DNA of 64,000 nt. It comes from the human T2T-CHM13v2.0 reference genome, Homo sapiens. The stretch lies in the NCBI RefSeq assembly GCF_009914755.1, contig NC_060926.1; one strand, written 5' to 3'. This document shows, one piece after another, positions 63,233-64,000 of the stretch. Below the pieces are notes generated by a model. The model was not told where the DNA came from. It made no database searches and was given only the letters and a program-made list of their open reading frames with translations. The position numbers and the translations under genes were made by a program. The first letter of the stretch is position 1. The number at the start of each line of letters is the position of its first letter.

Positions 63233-64000
63233 CCATGTGGCAAGGTGCACACTTGCTGACCGCGGCAGGGTGCTATGGCATTTGCAGCAGAGGCAGTGGA
63301 AGCATGGCTGGGAGATTGGGGCCCCACTGGCAACCGTGTTTGTGTTTCCACTGCTGGCCATGTTAGCACAGGGTTGGGCACTGGTGGGTGCAGAAGTGTG
63401 CATGCTGGCAGGGAAGGGAGGGGAAGTTTCACCTGTTTACACGTGCTCTGGTACAGAAATGTAGGTGGTGGCTGTGGGTGAGTGCATGCAAGCAAAGCAG
63501 CAAGGGGGAGGTTGCAGTTGGAGGAGGGTGTAGGCATTCTGGTGTTAGTCTGCAGGTCTGCTCTGCTGGAGCACTCTGCAGGTTAGGTGCTGTCCACCAG
63601 TTCAGGAACTATGATAAGGGCCCTTAGGAGGTACCTGAGGGATGCACTGCAAGCAGGTGTAGCCAGGCTGGGGCCCCGGGAAAGGCCAGCAGACTGAGGG
63701 GTCATCAGGTCAGACCTGCCCAATCTCATGGGCATGACTGCCCTACAGAATTCAGATCTGAGAGTTCCCCTAGGGCTAAAGCTTCCTATGGGACCAAGTC
63801 GTCCTAGGGGCATGGGTGTCTCTGACTGCTCTACTAAAGATGCTTCTGCACCAAACCTTCTCGGCTCCACACTGGCTGGAGTTCTGCCCCTACCACATCT
63901 CTAAGCAGCTCTCCCTGCCATCTCAAGTGTCCATAGTGGTTGAGGGATCTCCTTCTGCTGGAATTACAGAGGCCCACGGCAAGTGAGTGGGTTGCTCCTT

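Overview
AT-rich genomic DNA from a catarrhine primate (human/ape-like), judged from AluY/AluS/AluJ, L1PA/L1MA, THE1, MLT1/MLT2, LTR33, L2, MIR, MER5 and MER53 content. There is no CpG island and no prokaryotic feature. Nearly all ORFs in the track are repeat-derived or chance. The only gene-like signal is a phase-consistent set of three putative + strand 3' exons (2546-2767, 3952-3969, 4732-4759) followed by an AATAAA, from a gene I cannot name. A CTCF motif and an E-box-rich enhancer/promoter-like block follow at about 7.6-8.8 kb. I see no evidence of a new multi-gene system. The most unusual signals are fossil DNA-repair or rearrangement events: an Alu 3' end plus unique flank copied about 34 kb away into another Alu, an inverted templated insertion in a THE1 LTR, two related old L1s with complementary deletions, L1-in-L1 insertions lacking TSDs, and an interrupted CAG tract. 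Repeat subfamily calls come from recalled consensus motifs, not a search. Boundaries of old repeats are approximate.
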